Assembly: GCA_022447685.1 (NCBI GenBank)
Contig: JAKVAO010000001.1
Location: 22,939 to 86,938, forward strand
Source: Candidatus Caenarcanales bacterium
Lineage (GTDB): Bacteria > Cyanobacteriota > Vampirovibrionia > LMEP-6097
Length of the DNA stretch: 64,000 nucleotides
Direction: 5' to 3'
Shown here one piece after another: positions 9,983-20,586 of this stretch (positions are counted from its first letter, which is position 1; each line of letters starts with the position of its first letter). A model generated the notes under the pieces. That model did not search any database. It was not told the DNA's origin and worked only from the letters and a program-made list of their open reading frames with translations. Both the position numbers and the translations under genes were made by a program.

Positions 9983-10573
9983 TTGAAAAGGCAGCTTTCG
10001 ATGGTTCGCCGGGCAGATGCCAAGGTGATGGATCTTGAAAGTAAGCAAAGGCTCAAATCTATTGCCAAAGGTGATACTTACGAATCCGCTGGGTCTTTAG
10101 GTAGTCTTGCCAAGCAAGAACCTGAAAATTACTTACAAACTTTGGGTGAAAAGAATTTAGACTCTGAGTCAGAAGCTCTTTTGGAGAAGGCTAAACAATT
10201 CCCTGGACACAAAAGTGCAAAGATTTATTATAGAGAGAATGGAAAACCTTTATTGGTGATTATTAATCCTGATAAACTTGATGAAAATATTGCCCCTAAA
10301 TCAAAAATTCTTCCTAGTTCAGCTACATACGAGAAAAAAGAAGCTAATGGTAACGATGTGTTGAAAATTCATGAACTACCAGAAGATCAGGATATTGTAA
10401 TTATTAACGGTCGTTATAACTTATATCACCCTGGTGGATTTTTAAAAGCAGCTACAAACTTGGAGACCAGAAGGTATTTAGATTTTGCAATAACAAAAGA
10501 TAATGAATTGATTTTAAATCAAGGTTCTACATCTAAAGCTAAAATTCAAACTTTAAGTTCTGATACATTATAG
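9983..10573 (+). CDS. hypothetical protein
   Basis: 196-aa ORF with no recognisable motif. Confidence 0.35.
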   Translation: MKRQLSMVRRADAKVMDLESKQRLKSIAKGDTYESAGSLGSLAKQEPENYLQTLGEKNLDSESEALLEKAKQFPGHKSAKIYYRENGKPLLVIINPDKLDENIAPKSKILPSSATYEKKEANGNDVLKIHELPEDQDIVIINGRYNLYHPGGFLKAATNLETRRYLDFAITKDNELILNQGSTSKAKIQTLSSDTL

Positions 10574-10576
10574 GTA

Positions 10577-11116
10577 GTGAAATATTTTTTAAATATTATA
10601 TTTATTTGCTTAATAATATTGCTTGGGACTTCTTGTTCAGAGGAATTGGCGAATAAAACTTTAAAGCAACTTGCTGGTGAGACTCTCAGAACCAAAATGC
10701 TTTTCAAAATAGAATATAGAGAGTTTTTTAAAGACAGAATTACTGAATACCGTTTTTTTGAAGAACCTCTTTTGAATACTACTGTTATCCATGATCCAGG
10801 TGTTCAGGATAGTTCATTTACAGCTTTTGATACTCAGCTTGTGAAAATCACCAGTACTCGCCACTATAAGGCTAAAGCCATTCATAATAAACTTAAAAAT
10901 TTAAAATATAAAAATACTTTCCCTTGGAAAGAAGATTTCAAAGATAGAGGAGACGTTGTGAAAGTTTATTGCACTCAAGACGCTATACCTGTCCTAGCTG
11001 ACAAAGACGGTAATTATAAAGCGGTGCCATTATCCAAGGTCTTTATTTTTTATACTGGTCATATTAATGAAGAGCCTCAAGTCTTTAAAGATATTCTAAG
11101 TCTGATAAAAAATTAG
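10577..11116 (+). CDS. hypothetical lipoprotein
   Basis: N-terminal signal with lipobox LLGTSC|S. Confidence 0.4.
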   Translation: MKYFLNIIFICLIILLGTSCSEELANKTLKQLAGETLRTKMLFKIEYREFFKDRITEYRFFEEPLLNTTVIHDPGVQDSSFTAFDTQLVKITSTRHYKAKAIHNKLKNLKYKNTFPWKEDFKDRGDVVKVYCTQDAIPVLADKDGNYKAVPLSKVFIFYTGHINEEPQVFKDILSLIKN

Positions 11117-11138
11117 AGCTTTGCTAAAATAAAATAGC

Positions 11139-11867
11139 ATGACAGAACTTTTAGAGAAATCCGTAGTTAAGATTGAAGATCTTAAAGCTGACTTGGGTCC
11201 TTTGGGATATATGGAGCTTTTGGATACTATGGGAGATGACCTTAGTATTGTTAACGCTGCTAGAGTTTCTTATAACAAAATCTCTGATAACTTTGAAGCT
11301 AAGGATAAGAAGCTTGTGAAGTTCTTGGCTAAACATAAGCACTGGACTCCATTTGAACAAAATGCTATTAAGTTTAGAGTTAAATGTCCAATCTATATCG
11401 CCCGTCAGTGGATGAAGCACAGATGTTGGGTTTTTAATGAAATTAGTGCAAGATATACCGTCTTTGATAACACTATTTATACTCCAGAAGCTTTCAGAGA
11501 GCAGGCTGAGAAGAATAAACAAGCAAGTGTTGAAGCTTCAGATGAATTGAATCAAGCTGAGGCAAACAAGATTTATGAAAATGCTTACAAAGTATCTTTA
11601 GATGCTTACAATAAACTTCTTGATCTAGGAGTCTGCCGTGAACAGGCTAGAGGGGTATTGCCTGTTGGTTCTCATACTGAATTTATTACTACTGTTAACC
11701 TAAGAAATTATATGCACTGGTATAACTTAAGAGCACCTAAAGATGCTCAGTGGGAAATTCAACAATACGCTAAGGCGTCTATAGAGCTTGTGAAGACTAA
11801 ATTCCCTGTTGCTATTGAGTGTTTCGAGGAATTGAAGCACGAAGAACTTGAAGAAGCTAAAATATAA
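11139..11867 (+). CDS. thyX: FAD-dependent thymidylate synthase ThyX
   Basis: Single ThyX domain with the ThyX signature variant WMKHRCWVFNEISARY (R/K-H-R-x7-S-x-R-Y) and VNAARVSY. Confidence 0.8.
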   Translation: MTELLEKSVVKIEDLKADLGPLGYMELLDTMGDDLSIVNAARVSYNKISDNFEAKDKKLVKFLAKHKHWTPFEQNAIKFRVKCPIYIARQWMKHRCWVFNEISARYTVFDNTIYTPEAFREQAEKNKQASVEASDELNQAEANKIYENAYKVSLDAYNKLLDLGVCREQARGVLPVGSHTEFITTVNLRNYMHWYNLRAPKDAQWEIQQYAKASIELVKTKFPVAIECFEELKHEELEEAKI

Positions 11868-11870
11868 TTA

Positions 11871-12902
11871 GTGTTTTTAGTTTTTGGGAAAATCATACTT
11901 TTACTTGCAGCTATTTTAATAGTCTGTTTGTGGTTTACTAATGCGGTTGAAAACTTAGGAGTTAGGCTCAAGCTCGGAGAACAAGTTGTTGGTAGCTTGC
12001 TTGCTGCTATTGGAACGGCTTTGCCTGAAACTCTCTTGCCTATTATTGCAATTATGCTTGCCGGTGTTCATAGCCAAGGCGATCCGAAAACTGAAATTGC
12101 TATTGGTTCTATTATTGGGGCTCCGTTCCTATTATCTACACTTGCATTGTTTTTATTAGGACTTGCGGTTTTAGTTAATTACCAGAAAAGAAAAAATCTT
12201 GATCTCAAAGTCTGTCACAAGCATATAACCAAAGATTTAAGTTATTTTTTGCTTGCATTATTGGTAGCTGTATCTGCAACTTTTTTTCAGACTCAAGTGA
12301 TTAAAACATCTTTTGCTGTTGTATTGGTTGCTATATATGTTATTTACTTTATCACTACTCTGAGGGAGGGAAGTGAGGCTGCTCACGATGAAGCTGAAGA
12401 CGATGTTGATCAGTTATATATTTCGAGCTTCTCTGTTGCTGGTTTCCGTTTGCCGTCTAATTTATTTTGGATGATTTTCCAGCTTTTCTTGTCTTTGGCA
12501 GGGATTGTTGTTTTTGCTCATGAGTTTATTCTAGAAATTGAGAAAGCATCAATGGCTTTAAATGTTAGTCCATTGATTTTGAGTTTGATCATTGCTCCGA
12601 TTGCAACAGAGCTTCCAGAGAAAGTTAATAGTTGGTTTTGGGCAAGTTCAGGTAAGGATGGCTTAGCACTTGGAAATATAACCGGCGCTATGGTTTTTCA
12701 ATCTGCAATACCTTGTGCTGTGGGGGTTAGTTTGACTCCTTGGAATTTAGATTCTCATACAATTTTCTGTGTAATTTTGACTATACTTTCAGCTTCAATA
12801 ATGCTTTTTTCATTAAAAGTTTTTAAAAAAGTACATGCGGCAACATTAACTTTTATGGGATTCCTGTATTTGCTTTATTTAGTTGCTATAATCCTATTCT
12901 AG
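11871..12902 (+). CDS. CaCA-family Ca2+/cation antiporter (YrbG-like)
   Basis: Two alpha-repeat motifs (GTALPETLLPI and APIATELPEKVNS) separated by a cytoplasmic acidic loop. About 10 TM segments. Confidence 0.6.
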   Translation: MFLVFGKIILLLAAILIVCLWFTNAVENLGVRLKLGEQVVGSLLAAIGTALPETLLPIIAIMLAGVHSQGDPKTEIAIGSIIGAPFLLSTLALFLLGLAVLVNYQKRKNLDLKVCHKHITKDLSYFLLALLVAVSATFFQTQVIKTSFAVVLVAIYVIYFITTLREGSEAAHDEAEDDVDQLYISSFSVAGFRLPSNLFWMIFQLFLSLAGIVVFAHEFILEIEKASMALNVSPLILSLIIAPIATELPEKVNSWFWASSGKDGLALGNITGAMVFQSAIPCAVGVSLTPWNLDSHTIFCVILTILSASIMLFSLKVFKKVHAATLTFMGFLYLLYLVAIILF

Positions 12903-12940
12903 GTTTTTAAGATTTATTCTTAAGGAGATTCTTAAATCAT

Positions 12941-13828
12941 ATGACTCAACATATTACAGGTGAAATTTTAGGACAGTCCGTTCATGTGGACACTCTTTAT
13001 TATGCATGGGCTTCTATGGCAGTTATTCTAGCTGTAGCTATATTCTTGAGCGCTGGTTTAAGTAATGACCCTGAGAAATATGGTGCAAGACAGCTTATTT
13101 CTGAAGGTTTGTATTCTTTTTTTGCTTCATTGGTTAGAGACCAAATTGGTAAGCGTGGAGAGAGATATATTGCACTTATAGGATCTATATTTATTTTTAT
13201 TTTGGTGAATTATTATGCTGGGCTTCTTCCATGGAAACTTGGAGAGTTTTTCCCATGGTGGCCAAAGCTTCCATCTGAGCATGGAGCACACGCTGCAGGG
13301 GCTCATACTACTGCTACTGCTCACGCTGTTGAAGCTCATGGAGCTGCAGTTGCAGAGCATGTTCATTCAGCAAGTGAATCTGTAGCTAGCCATGCTGCTC
13401 ATATCTGGCATGGTGCTAGTACTTGTGCTGATATTAATGTTCCAGCAGCACTCGCTATTCTTGTAGTTGTGATTTATTTCTTCTCAGGTGCAATGATTGG
13501 TGGTTGGAAGTATATTCAAATGTTTTTACCTATTAATTACAACAAAGGTAAAGGTATTAGCTTAAATTTAATGTGTCTAATTGAAATCATGGATTTAGCT
13601 ATTAGACCACTTACTCTTACACTTCGACTTTTTGCAAATACAGTTGCTGGTGAGACTTTACTTGCTACATTTATAGGTTTAGTTGCTTTAGTTCTACCTA
13701 TAGTTGTTCTAGGTTTTGAGATGTTTGTAGGTGTTTTACAAGCATTCTTATTCACTATACTTACTTGTGTTTATGTTGGTGGTGCGGTGCAGCATGCTGA
13801 GCATCTTATCCATGATGAGCATCATTAA
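12941..13828 (+). CDS. atpB: F-type ATPase subunit a paralog with His/Ala-rich insertion
   Basis: C-terminal IRPLTLTLRLFANTVAGETLL (the essential Arg helix of subunit a) and LQAFLFTILTCVYVG...EH align with E. coli AtpB. The unusual 60-aa loop HGAHAAGAHTTATAHAVEAHGAAVAEHVHSASESVASHAAHIWH is an insertion. No other atp genes are adjacent. Confidence 0.7.
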   Translation: MTQHITGEILGQSVHVDTLYYAWASMAVILAVAIFLSAGLSNDPEKYGARQLISEGLYSFFASLVRDQIGKRGERYIALIGSIFIFILVNYYAGLLPWKLGEFFPWWPKLPSEHGAHAAGAHTTATAHAVEAHGAAVAEHVHSASESVASHAAHIWHGASTCADINVPAALAILVVVIYFFSGAMIGGWKYIQMFLPINYNKGKGISLNLMCLIEIMDLAIRPLTLTLRLFANTVAGETLLATFIGLVALVLPIVVLGFEMFVGVLQAFLFTILTCVYVGGAVQHAEHLIHDEHH

Positions 13829-13971
13829 TTAGATCAGCATCTGAACTTAGTCTACTTCGTTTTTTATGATTTTCTAATACTCAAGCTAAACTAGGCTCCG
13901 TTTACCCAATCATAAAATGCCTTGTGTCTTAAGCCCAGCTACTAATCTAAAAAAATACATAATCTGTATTT

Positions 13972-14895
13972 TTGCTATACTTTAGTCTACAAGTGTTTCT
14001 TAAACATTCTTTACACATATTAGCTGAAATTTTACCGGTCTTCTTAATAGCGGTAATTTGCTCTTCGTTAATAGATCTTTATCTACCGAATAACTATTTT
14101 GAAAAAATTGAGCAAAGCTTCATCGCAGGTTCACAATTTAAATCCAAGCTTGGTCTTATAGTTGCAGCTATACTTGGTGCTTTAATTCCCATCTGTACCT
14201 GTGGCATGATTCCTCTTGCTATAGGTCTTTTAAGAAAGAAGCTTAACTGGAAATATATTTTGGCTTTTTTGCTTGCTGGTAATGCTTGTAGTATTTTTGC
14301 TTTGATTTTGAATTTGGGGGTTCTAGGTTGGGAATCAACTATATGGCGTTTTAATTTTGCGGTCTTGTTTGCAGTTATCAATGTGATATTATTTTCTTTA
14401 CTGTATAGTGAATCAATTGAAAATATTATTGAAAGCAAGCTTCAAGAAACTGAAGAAAAGAAACACTGTTGCGGTCCTAAAGTTTCTAAATTAAAGAAAA
14501 TATGGTCTGACTTAAAAGAAACTAGCTTTCAGTTTCTACCATGGATAATTTTTGCAGTTTTAGTCGCAAGCCTAATGCACTTTAATCATGATTTTGTTTT
14601 AGCTAAAACAGGAGAACTTTTACAAAATGAGTTGATTAGCCCATTTTTTCTTTCTTTGATTGCTTTTCCACTTTATCTCTGCGCTGGTGCTGATGTTGCC
14701 ATGAGTGCTGAATTCTTAGATTTAGGAATTGCACTAGGTTCAGTTTTAGCTTTTATGACTGCAAGCCCTGGAGTGAATTTCACTACTTTGGTTGTTTATA
14801 AACAGGCTTTTGATTTACGCGTGGCTATAGCACTTACGGTTTTTCCTGTTGTGGTTATAAGTTTACTTGGCTTGATTTTTAATTTGCTTACTTAG
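13972..14895 (+). CDS. permease, DUF318-like (CxC-containing predicted permease)
   Basis: Polytopic membrane protein with PICTCGMIPLAIGLL and a second half containing CAGADVAMS. Resembles the two-repeat DUF318 permeases. Confidence 0.45.
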   Translation: MLYFSLQVFLKHSLHILAEILPVFLIAVICSSLIDLYLPNNYFEKIEQSFIAGSQFKSKLGLIVAAILGALIPICTCGMIPLAIGLLRKKLNWKYILAFLLAGNACSIFALILNLGVLGWESTIWRFNFAVLFAVINVILFSLLYSESIENIIESKLQETEEKKHCCGPKVSKLKKIWSDLKETSFQFLPWIIFAVLVASLMHFNHDFVLAKTGELLQNELISPFFLSLIAFPLYLCAGADVAMSAEFLDLGIALGSVLAFMTASPGVNFTTLVVYKQAFDLRVAIALTVFPVVVISLLGLIFNLLT

Positions 14896-14916
14896 TTTTA
14901 AAGAATTAAAATATAT

Positions 14917-17016
14917 ATGAATATGAGTGTGAATGTGGAAGATTTAAATCTATTAAAAGAAAAATACTCTGAACTACAAAGTAAATTAAAACATTGGAGT
15001 CATAAATACTATATTGAAAATATAAGTGAAGTCGAAGATGCTGTCTATGACGCTCACATTGAGGAGCTTAAAGTCTTAGAGGCAGAGTATCCAAATTTAA
15101 TTGAGGCAGATAGTATCACTAAAATTATAGGCTCCGGTTTTTATCAGACTAGTTTTACTAAAACATATCATTTGGAGAAAATGATGAGTCTTGATAATGC
15201 TTTTGGTGAAGAGGATATTAGGGATTGGGAAGCTAAAATTAATAGAATGATAGGCGAAGAAACACCTCGTCAATATGTTTTTGAGTTGAAGATTGATGGC
15301 TTGAGTATTGCGATTGATTATAAAAATGGCAAACTTTATCGTGGTGCTACTCGTGGCAACGGTAAAGTGGGCGAAGATGTTACTGCTAACTTGATGACGA
15401 TAAAATCTTTACCTAAGAAGATTCCTGTAGAGCTTTTGGTGCAGCAAGATTTTTCGATTCGTGGTGAAGTTTATTTGCCGAAAGAAGATTTTAAGAAAAT
15501 TAATGCTGAGCGTGAGAAACAAAGTCTAGATCTTTATGCTAATCCTCGTAATACTGCTTCTGGAGCGTTAAGGCAGCTTGACCCTAAAGTTACTGCTTCT
15601 CGTAATTTGGATGCTATTTTTTATAATTATTTTCCTTATAATAATTTAGGCTATGCTGAGACTGAGAAGGCTAAGTCTTCTATCGCTTCAATTAATGAGC
15701 ATTATAGCTCCCTAGAATATCTTGAAAAACTAGGCTTTCACACGAATAAAGAACATAATTATCTTTGTAACAATATAGATCAAGTAATTAAATTATATAA
15801 AGAATGGCAAGAGAAAAAAGATACTTTAGATTTTGAAATTGATGGTGCTGTAGTTAAAGTTAACCAATTAGATTTACAAAAAACTTTAGGTGAAACGAGT
15901 AAAGCTCCTCGCTGGGCTACTGCTCTAAAATTTAGTGCTGAAGAAGCCTTAACCCGTGTTATATCTATAGATATGGAAGTTGGTAGAACTGGAGCTATTA
16001 CTCCTGTCGCTAATTTGGAGCCAGTTTTACTGGCGGGAACTACTGTTAAAAGAGCTACAATTCATAATTTTGACCAAGTAGATAGGCTTGGGGTGAAAGT
16101 TGGAGACTTTGTTCTAGTGCGTAAAGCTGGAGAAATTATTCCTGAGATTATTAAGATAGAAGAAGATAGGCGTGGACAAAGTATCAACGGTGAAACTATT
16201 GAGCTTGTTGATATTTCTCGTCCTGGACACTGTCCTGTCTGTGGTACTGCTCTAGAGCAGGAAGATACTATACTCAGATGCCCTAATATTGTAGGTTGTG
16301 CAGCACAGATACAGAGAAGAATAGAACACTGGGCTTCTAAAAAAGCTATGGATATCGCTGGGCTTGGTCCAGTAGTAGTAGAACAATTACTAGTTGAAAA
16401 ATTAATTAAGAATCCTTTTGATCTTTATAAACTTAAATTTGATGACTTAGCCCCATTGGAGCGTATGGCTGAGAAATCTGTGAATAATTTACTTATTGCT
16501 TTAGAAAACAGTCGCGAAATGCCTTTTCATAGATTCCTCCATGCTTTAGGAATTAAACATGTCGGTTTAAATGTTTCAGAATTGATCGCCTCAGTTTATC
16601 CAAGTCTCTTTGAGCTTGAAAAAGAAGTTCTAGGAAACCATGGTGTAGATTTGTTGAAGTTAGATGGTCTTGGAGAGAAGATTTTAAATTCTTTAAAACA
16701 GTTTTTTGAATCAGAGATTTATGCTCAGGTTAAACAAGATTATATTGATTTAGGTTTTGATTTTAAAGAATTAGTGAAACGGGAACTTTCTGATAAGTTT
16801 GCAGGATTGATTTTTGTTATTACTGGAACTCTTTCAGAGAGTAGATCATACTTTGAGAAGATTATTAAAGATAATGGCGGTAAGGTGAGTTCAAGTGTTT
16901 CCAAAAAGACTTCATATTTACTTTGTGGTAATGAAGCTGGCTCTAAGCTTAGTAAAGCCCAGGACTTGGGTGTGAAAGTGCTTTCTGAAGAGAAATTTAG
17001 AGAACTAAATACCTAA
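14917..17016 (+). CDS. ligA: NAD-dependent DNA ligase
   Basis: Adenylation motif ELKIDGLSIA (KxDG), an OB fold, a Zn finger (CPVCGT...CPN...C), HhH repeats and a C-terminal BRCT domain. 699 aa. Confidence 0.95.
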   Translation: MNMSVNVEDLNLLKEKYSELQSKLKHWSHKYYIENISEVEDAVYDAHIEELKVLEAEYPNLIEADSITKIIGSGFYQTSFTKTYHLEKMMSLDNAFGEEDIRDWEAKINRMIGEETPRQYVFELKIDGLSIAIDYKNGKLYRGATRGNGKVGEDVTANLMTIKSLPKKIPVELLVQQDFSIRGEVYLPKEDFKKINAEREKQSLDLYANPRNTASGALRQLDPKVTASRNLDAIFYNYFPYNNLGYAETEKAKSSIASINEHYSSLEYLEKLGFHTNKEHNYLCNNIDQVIKLYKEWQEKKDTLDFEIDGAVVKVNQLDLQKTLGETSKAPRWATALKFSAEEALTRVISIDMEVGRTGAITPVANLEPVLLAGTTVKRATIHNFDQVDRLGVKVGDFVLVRKAGEIIPEIIKIEEDRRGQSINGETIELVDISRPGHCPVCGTALEQEDTILRCPNIVGCAAQIQRRIEHWASKKAMDIAGLGPVVVEQLLVEKLIKNPFDLYKLKFDDLAPLERMAEKSVNNLLIALENSREMPFHRFLHALGIKHVGLNVSELIASVYPSLFELEKEVLGNHGVDLLKLDGLGEKILNSLKQFFESEIYAQVKQDYIDLGFDFKELVKRELSDKFAGLIFVITGTLSESRSYFEKIIKDNGGKVSSSVSKKTSYLLCGNEAGSKLSKAQDLGVKVLSEEKFRELNT

Positions 17017-18846
17017 CTAACCCATCATTGCATTCTTACGGTGAGCTTTCTTATCAAGAATCTTCTTGCGTAGGCGAATTTTCTCAGGAGTAACCTCAAC
17101 TAACTCTTCATCATTTATATAAACTAAAGCTTCTTCTAATTTAACTTGTCTAGGAGCTTTTAACTGAACTAAAACATCAGCTCCAGCTGATCTCATGTTA
17201 GTGAGTGCTTTTTCTTTAGTAAGGTTTAGCTCAATATCTTGTACTTTATTGGCTTCACCAACTATCATTCCTTTGTAAACTTTATCTGTAGGCTTAACGA
17301 AGAAAACACCTCTGTCTGAGAAGTTTTCAAGAGCATAACTAGTAGCTGCTCCCTCTTCAAGGTTCACTAGTACACCCATTCTTACTTTATCGATGTCACC
17401 AGCATACGGCTTATACTCATAGTAAGAGTGAGTCATGATACCAGTACCTTTAGTAATTCTGATGAACTCAGTGCTGAAACCAATTAGACCACGAGTAGGA
17501 ACTAAGAATTTAAGAAGAGTACGTCCATGAAGTGTATTCATGAAAGTCATCTCAGCTTTTCTCTTACCAAGTCTTTCTATACAAGAACCAGAGAATTCAT
17601 CTTCTACATCTATAATTAATTCTTCATAAGGCTCATGAATTTTACCGTCGATATTTTTCTGTATTACTCTTGGTTTTCCTACTTGGAATTCATAACCCTC
17701 TCTTCTCATAGTTTCTATAAGAATACCTAAGTGAAGTTCACCACGACCTGCTACTAGAAATGAATCAGTGTTTTCTGTAGGAGTAACTTTTAATGCTACA
17801 TTAGTTTCTAATTCTTTATCTAGTCTATCTTTGATCTGTCTTGAAGTTACGAACTTCCCTTCTAAACCAGCAAATGGACTAGAGTTAACTGAGAAAATCA
17901 TTTCTAGAGTAGGCTCATCAACTTTAATAGAAGGAAGCGCTTCAGTTAAAGTCGCGTCACAGACTGTATCTCCGATATTACCTTCAGGCATACCTGCGAG
18001 CATAACTATCATCCCAGCGCTTGCTGTTTCTAATTCAACTTTTTCTAAACCATGAAAACCATAGATCTTTGCGATTTTCTTTTTAGAAATACTTTTTTCA
18101 CCATCTTCGTCTGTTTTGATGAGGTTCATTTGTTGGTTAACAGAAACTGTACCGTTTAAAATCCTTCCTACAAGTAATCTTCCCAAGTATTCATTAGAGT
18201 CTAAACTTACAGTTTGGAATAGGAAAGGCTCTTCAATATTACCTTCTGGAGGAGGAACTTCTTTCAAGATAGTATCTAGAATTACTTCCATGCCAGCATC
18301 TTCATCTTCCAGTTCAGCTTTAGCCATACCATTTACACCAGAAGCGTATACGATAGGGAATTCGATTTGATCATCATCAGCGCCTAGATCTATGAATAGT
18401 TCAAGAACTTCATCAATTACTCTTGCTGGATCTGAATTAGGCTTATCAACTTTATTGATAACTAAGATCGGTTTTAAACCTTGCTCAAAAGCTTTCTTCA
18501 AAACAAATCTAGTCTGAGGCATAGGTCCTTCAAAGGCATCTACCAAAAGTAAACAACCTTGCACCATACCTAGGACACGTTCTACCTCTCCACCGAAGTC
18601 CGAGTGACCTGGGGTATCCACGATATTAATAGTTTGGTCTTTATACTTAACAGAAGTGTTTTTACTTAGAATCGTAATGCCACGCTCTTTTTCTAGAGGG
18701 TTACTATCCATAACGCAAACTTCATGTTCTTTATGTGCAGCGAAGCAATTAGTCTGCTCTAAAATAGCGTCTAAAAGAGTTGTCTTTCCGTGGTCAACGT
18801 GAGCGATAATCGCGATATTTCTAATATTTTCAGTTTTTGGAGGCAT
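17017..18846 (-). CDS. typA: translational GTPase TypA/BipA
   Basis: NIAIIAHVDHGKTTL G1, DTPGHSDF G3, NKVD G4, EF-G-like domains and a C-terminal BipA-specific region. 609 aa. Confidence 0.95.
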   Translation of the reverse strand: MPPKTENIRNIAIIAHVDHGKTTLLDAILEQTNCFAAHKEHEVCVMDSNPLEKERGITILSKNTSVKYKDQTINIVDTPGHSDFGGEVERVLGMVQGCLLLVDAFEGPMPQTRFVLKKAFEQGLKPILVINKVDKPNSDPARVIDEVLELFIDLGADDDQIEFPIVYASGVNGMAKAELEDEDAGMEVILDTILKEVPPPEGNIEEPFLFQTVSLDSNEYLGRLLVGRILNGTVSVNQQMNLIKTDEDGEKSISKKKIAKIYGFHGLEKVELETASAGMIVMLAGMPEGNIGDTVCDATLTEALPSIKVDEPTLEMIFSVNSSPFAGLEGKFVTSRQIKDRLDKELETNVALKVTPTENTDSFLVAGRGELHLGILIETMRREGYEFQVGKPRVIQKNIDGKIHEPYEELIIDVEDEFSGSCIERLGKRKAEMTFMNTLHGRTLLKFLVPTRGLIGFSTEFIRITKGTGIMTHSYYEYKPYAGDIDKVRMGVLVNLEEGAATSYALENFSDRGVFFVKPTDKVYKGMIVGEANKVQDIELNLTKEKALTNMRSAGADVLVQLKAPRQVKLEEALVYINDEELVEVTPEKIRLRKKILDKKAHRKNAMMG

Positions 18847-19207
18847 CGTTTCACGATTTATCTTACTCTATTTTGCTTATGAAATCTGTTTTTATTTAGC
18901 TCACAAATTAAAAATAGATAATCTTTCTAAAAATATTGTCAAAAAATCACAAGAAGCTCTTTGTATATTTATCAAATTCATTGTTTATATGGAGGCCTGT
19001 GCGTGAGTGATAACCTGAAATTAATTTATTTGTATCTTAAAAGTACCCCTAAGTGTGTTGATAACTTTTACAAACTAGGCTCAGTGCTAAGAGATAGGGA
19101 TAAAGCAATTATAGATAACTTTAGAAAATTAGAGAGAAACTCAGCAGATTTTCGAGATGACAACAGAAAACCTAGAAACTAGTATGGCTTTGCTATACTT
19201 CTAGATT

Positions 19208-19753
19208 ATGAAGCTGTTTTTCACCTCTGTGCTTTGTGCCTTAATTTTTGTTAGTTTTTCGTGTTCAAATAATAAAGACTTATCTAAATATGATAATACT
19301 CGCTTGCCAGTAGGTCCACTTCAGTATCAAGCTTTGGAGGATTGGGATCTAGGAACTCCTGATAATTTTATGAGGCTTGAACAGTTTCAGATTCAAGACA
19401 ATTCTGAGCTAGCAGTTTATTTCTTGCCTGGAGAAGCTGGATCTGTTGACGCTAATATTGCTAGATGGAAGAAGCAGTTTCTAGCTAATGAAGCCAGAAA
19501 AGTTGTTTTTGAAAAAAAATATAACTACAAATCTATACCTCTTACTAAAATTATGATTGAGGGTGACTATAAGGAGATGGTGAATCCTTTTGATCCTAGT
19601 TCCGAGAAAAAAATCAAGGATTCTTGGGCTATGTTTGCAGTAGTAGCTGAACTGGAAGAAGGAAAGTGGTTTTTCAAAGCTCTAGGTCCTAAGGAAGAAT
19701 TACTTTCATCCCAGGAAGATATTGATGAATTTGTAAGCACTTTTCGTATTTAA
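19208..19753 (+). CDS. hypothetical lipoprotein
   Basis: Signal peptide with lipobox VSFSC|S. Confidence 0.4.
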   Translation: MKLFFTSVLCALIFVSFSCSNNKDLSKYDNTRLPVGPLQYQALEDWDLGTPDNFMRLEQFQIQDNSELAVYFLPGEAGSVDANIARWKKQFLANEARKVVFEKKYNYKSIPLTKIMIEGDYKEMVNPFDPSSEKKIKDSWAMFAVVAELEEGKWFFKALGPKEELLSSQEDIDEFVSTFRI

Positions 19754-19770
19754 AGATTGATTGAATATTA

Positions 19771-20586
19771 ATGAACTTTGAGCAAATTTTTAATTTAACT
19801 AATTTCCTGATTCTAGTAAATTCTATTTTGTTAATATTAATTACTGCTTTAATATTCTCTCTTTACCAGAAAGATTCTAAAGCTTCATTTGAGAGAAACT
19901 TCTTTGCAAATATCAAAGGACAGGGAATTTGGGGGGAGGAACAGTTAATAAATTTATTGCGAGAAACTCTTTCCCCTAAGCAATTTGAATTACAATACCA
20001 GCTTGACCCTAAAGATGATTATTTTGTTGATGCCGCTGTAAAACTGCCTTTGGCTGAATCTGAATCAATACTTTTACCTATTGACTCTAAGTTGCCCTTA
20101 GAAGATTATTTGAGCTTTCTTAATTCTGGAGCTGAAATTAACTATGCTAATGCAAGGAAATATATAAAAAAGATAGAATCTCGTCTTAAGCAAGAAGCCA
20201 AGTCTGTGCATTCAAAGTATATTAGAGTCCCTTATACAACTGACTTTGCAATAATTTTTATTCCCGTAGAATCTCTTTATTACCTACTGGTGCAGAATAG
20301 TAATTTCATATATCAGCTAAGAAATGAGTATCGAATCATACTTGCAAGTCCCTCAAGTCTTTCAACGCTATTAAATGGTATTCAGATATCTTTTAAATAC
20401 TCAAATTTCACAAAAGACTCTAGAGAGTTCTATGAATCTTATGAACTTTTAAGTAGAGACTTGGATTCAGTATCTAATTCTTTAGTAAAATCTGAAAAAA
20501 AATTGGATGAACTTTATAAAGAGATTCAAGAGATTAAGTCCAGGACTAAGTCTATGAAAAATTCTTCTCTAAGCATGCACCAGTAA
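19771..20586 (+). CDS. rmuC: RmuC-family DNA recombination protein (putative)
   Basis: N-terminal TM anchor, then PIDSKLPLEDYL and AIIFIPVESLYYLL, which resemble RmuC conserved blocks. Confidence 0.5.
   Translation: MNFEQIFNLTNFLILVNSILLILITALIFSLYQKDSKASFERNFFANIKGQGIWGEEQLINLLRETLSPKQFELQYQLDPKDDYFVDAAVKLPLAESESILLPIDSKLPLEDYLSFLNSGAEINYANARKYIKKIESRLKQEAKSVHSKYIRVPYTTDFAIIFIPVESLYYLLVQNSNFIYQLRNEYRIILASPSSLSTLLNGIQISFKYSNFTKDSREFYESYELLSRDLDSVSNSLVKSEKKLDELYKEIQEIKSRTKSMKNSSLSMHQ

Noticed and set aside
13829-13971. Searched for an atpE (c-subunit) gene after the atpB paralog
   Set aside because: No ORF longer than 22 codons in any frame in this 143-bp spacer, so atpB is genuinely orphan here.
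18961-19182. 73-aa ORF in the typA upstream / lipoprotein intergenic region
   Set aside because: No RBS, odd composition (Cys/Tyr-rich start), and it sits in a 360-bp promoter/leader region. More likely non-coding. I could not match the region to any known ncRNA (tmRNA, 6S, RNase P) by eye.
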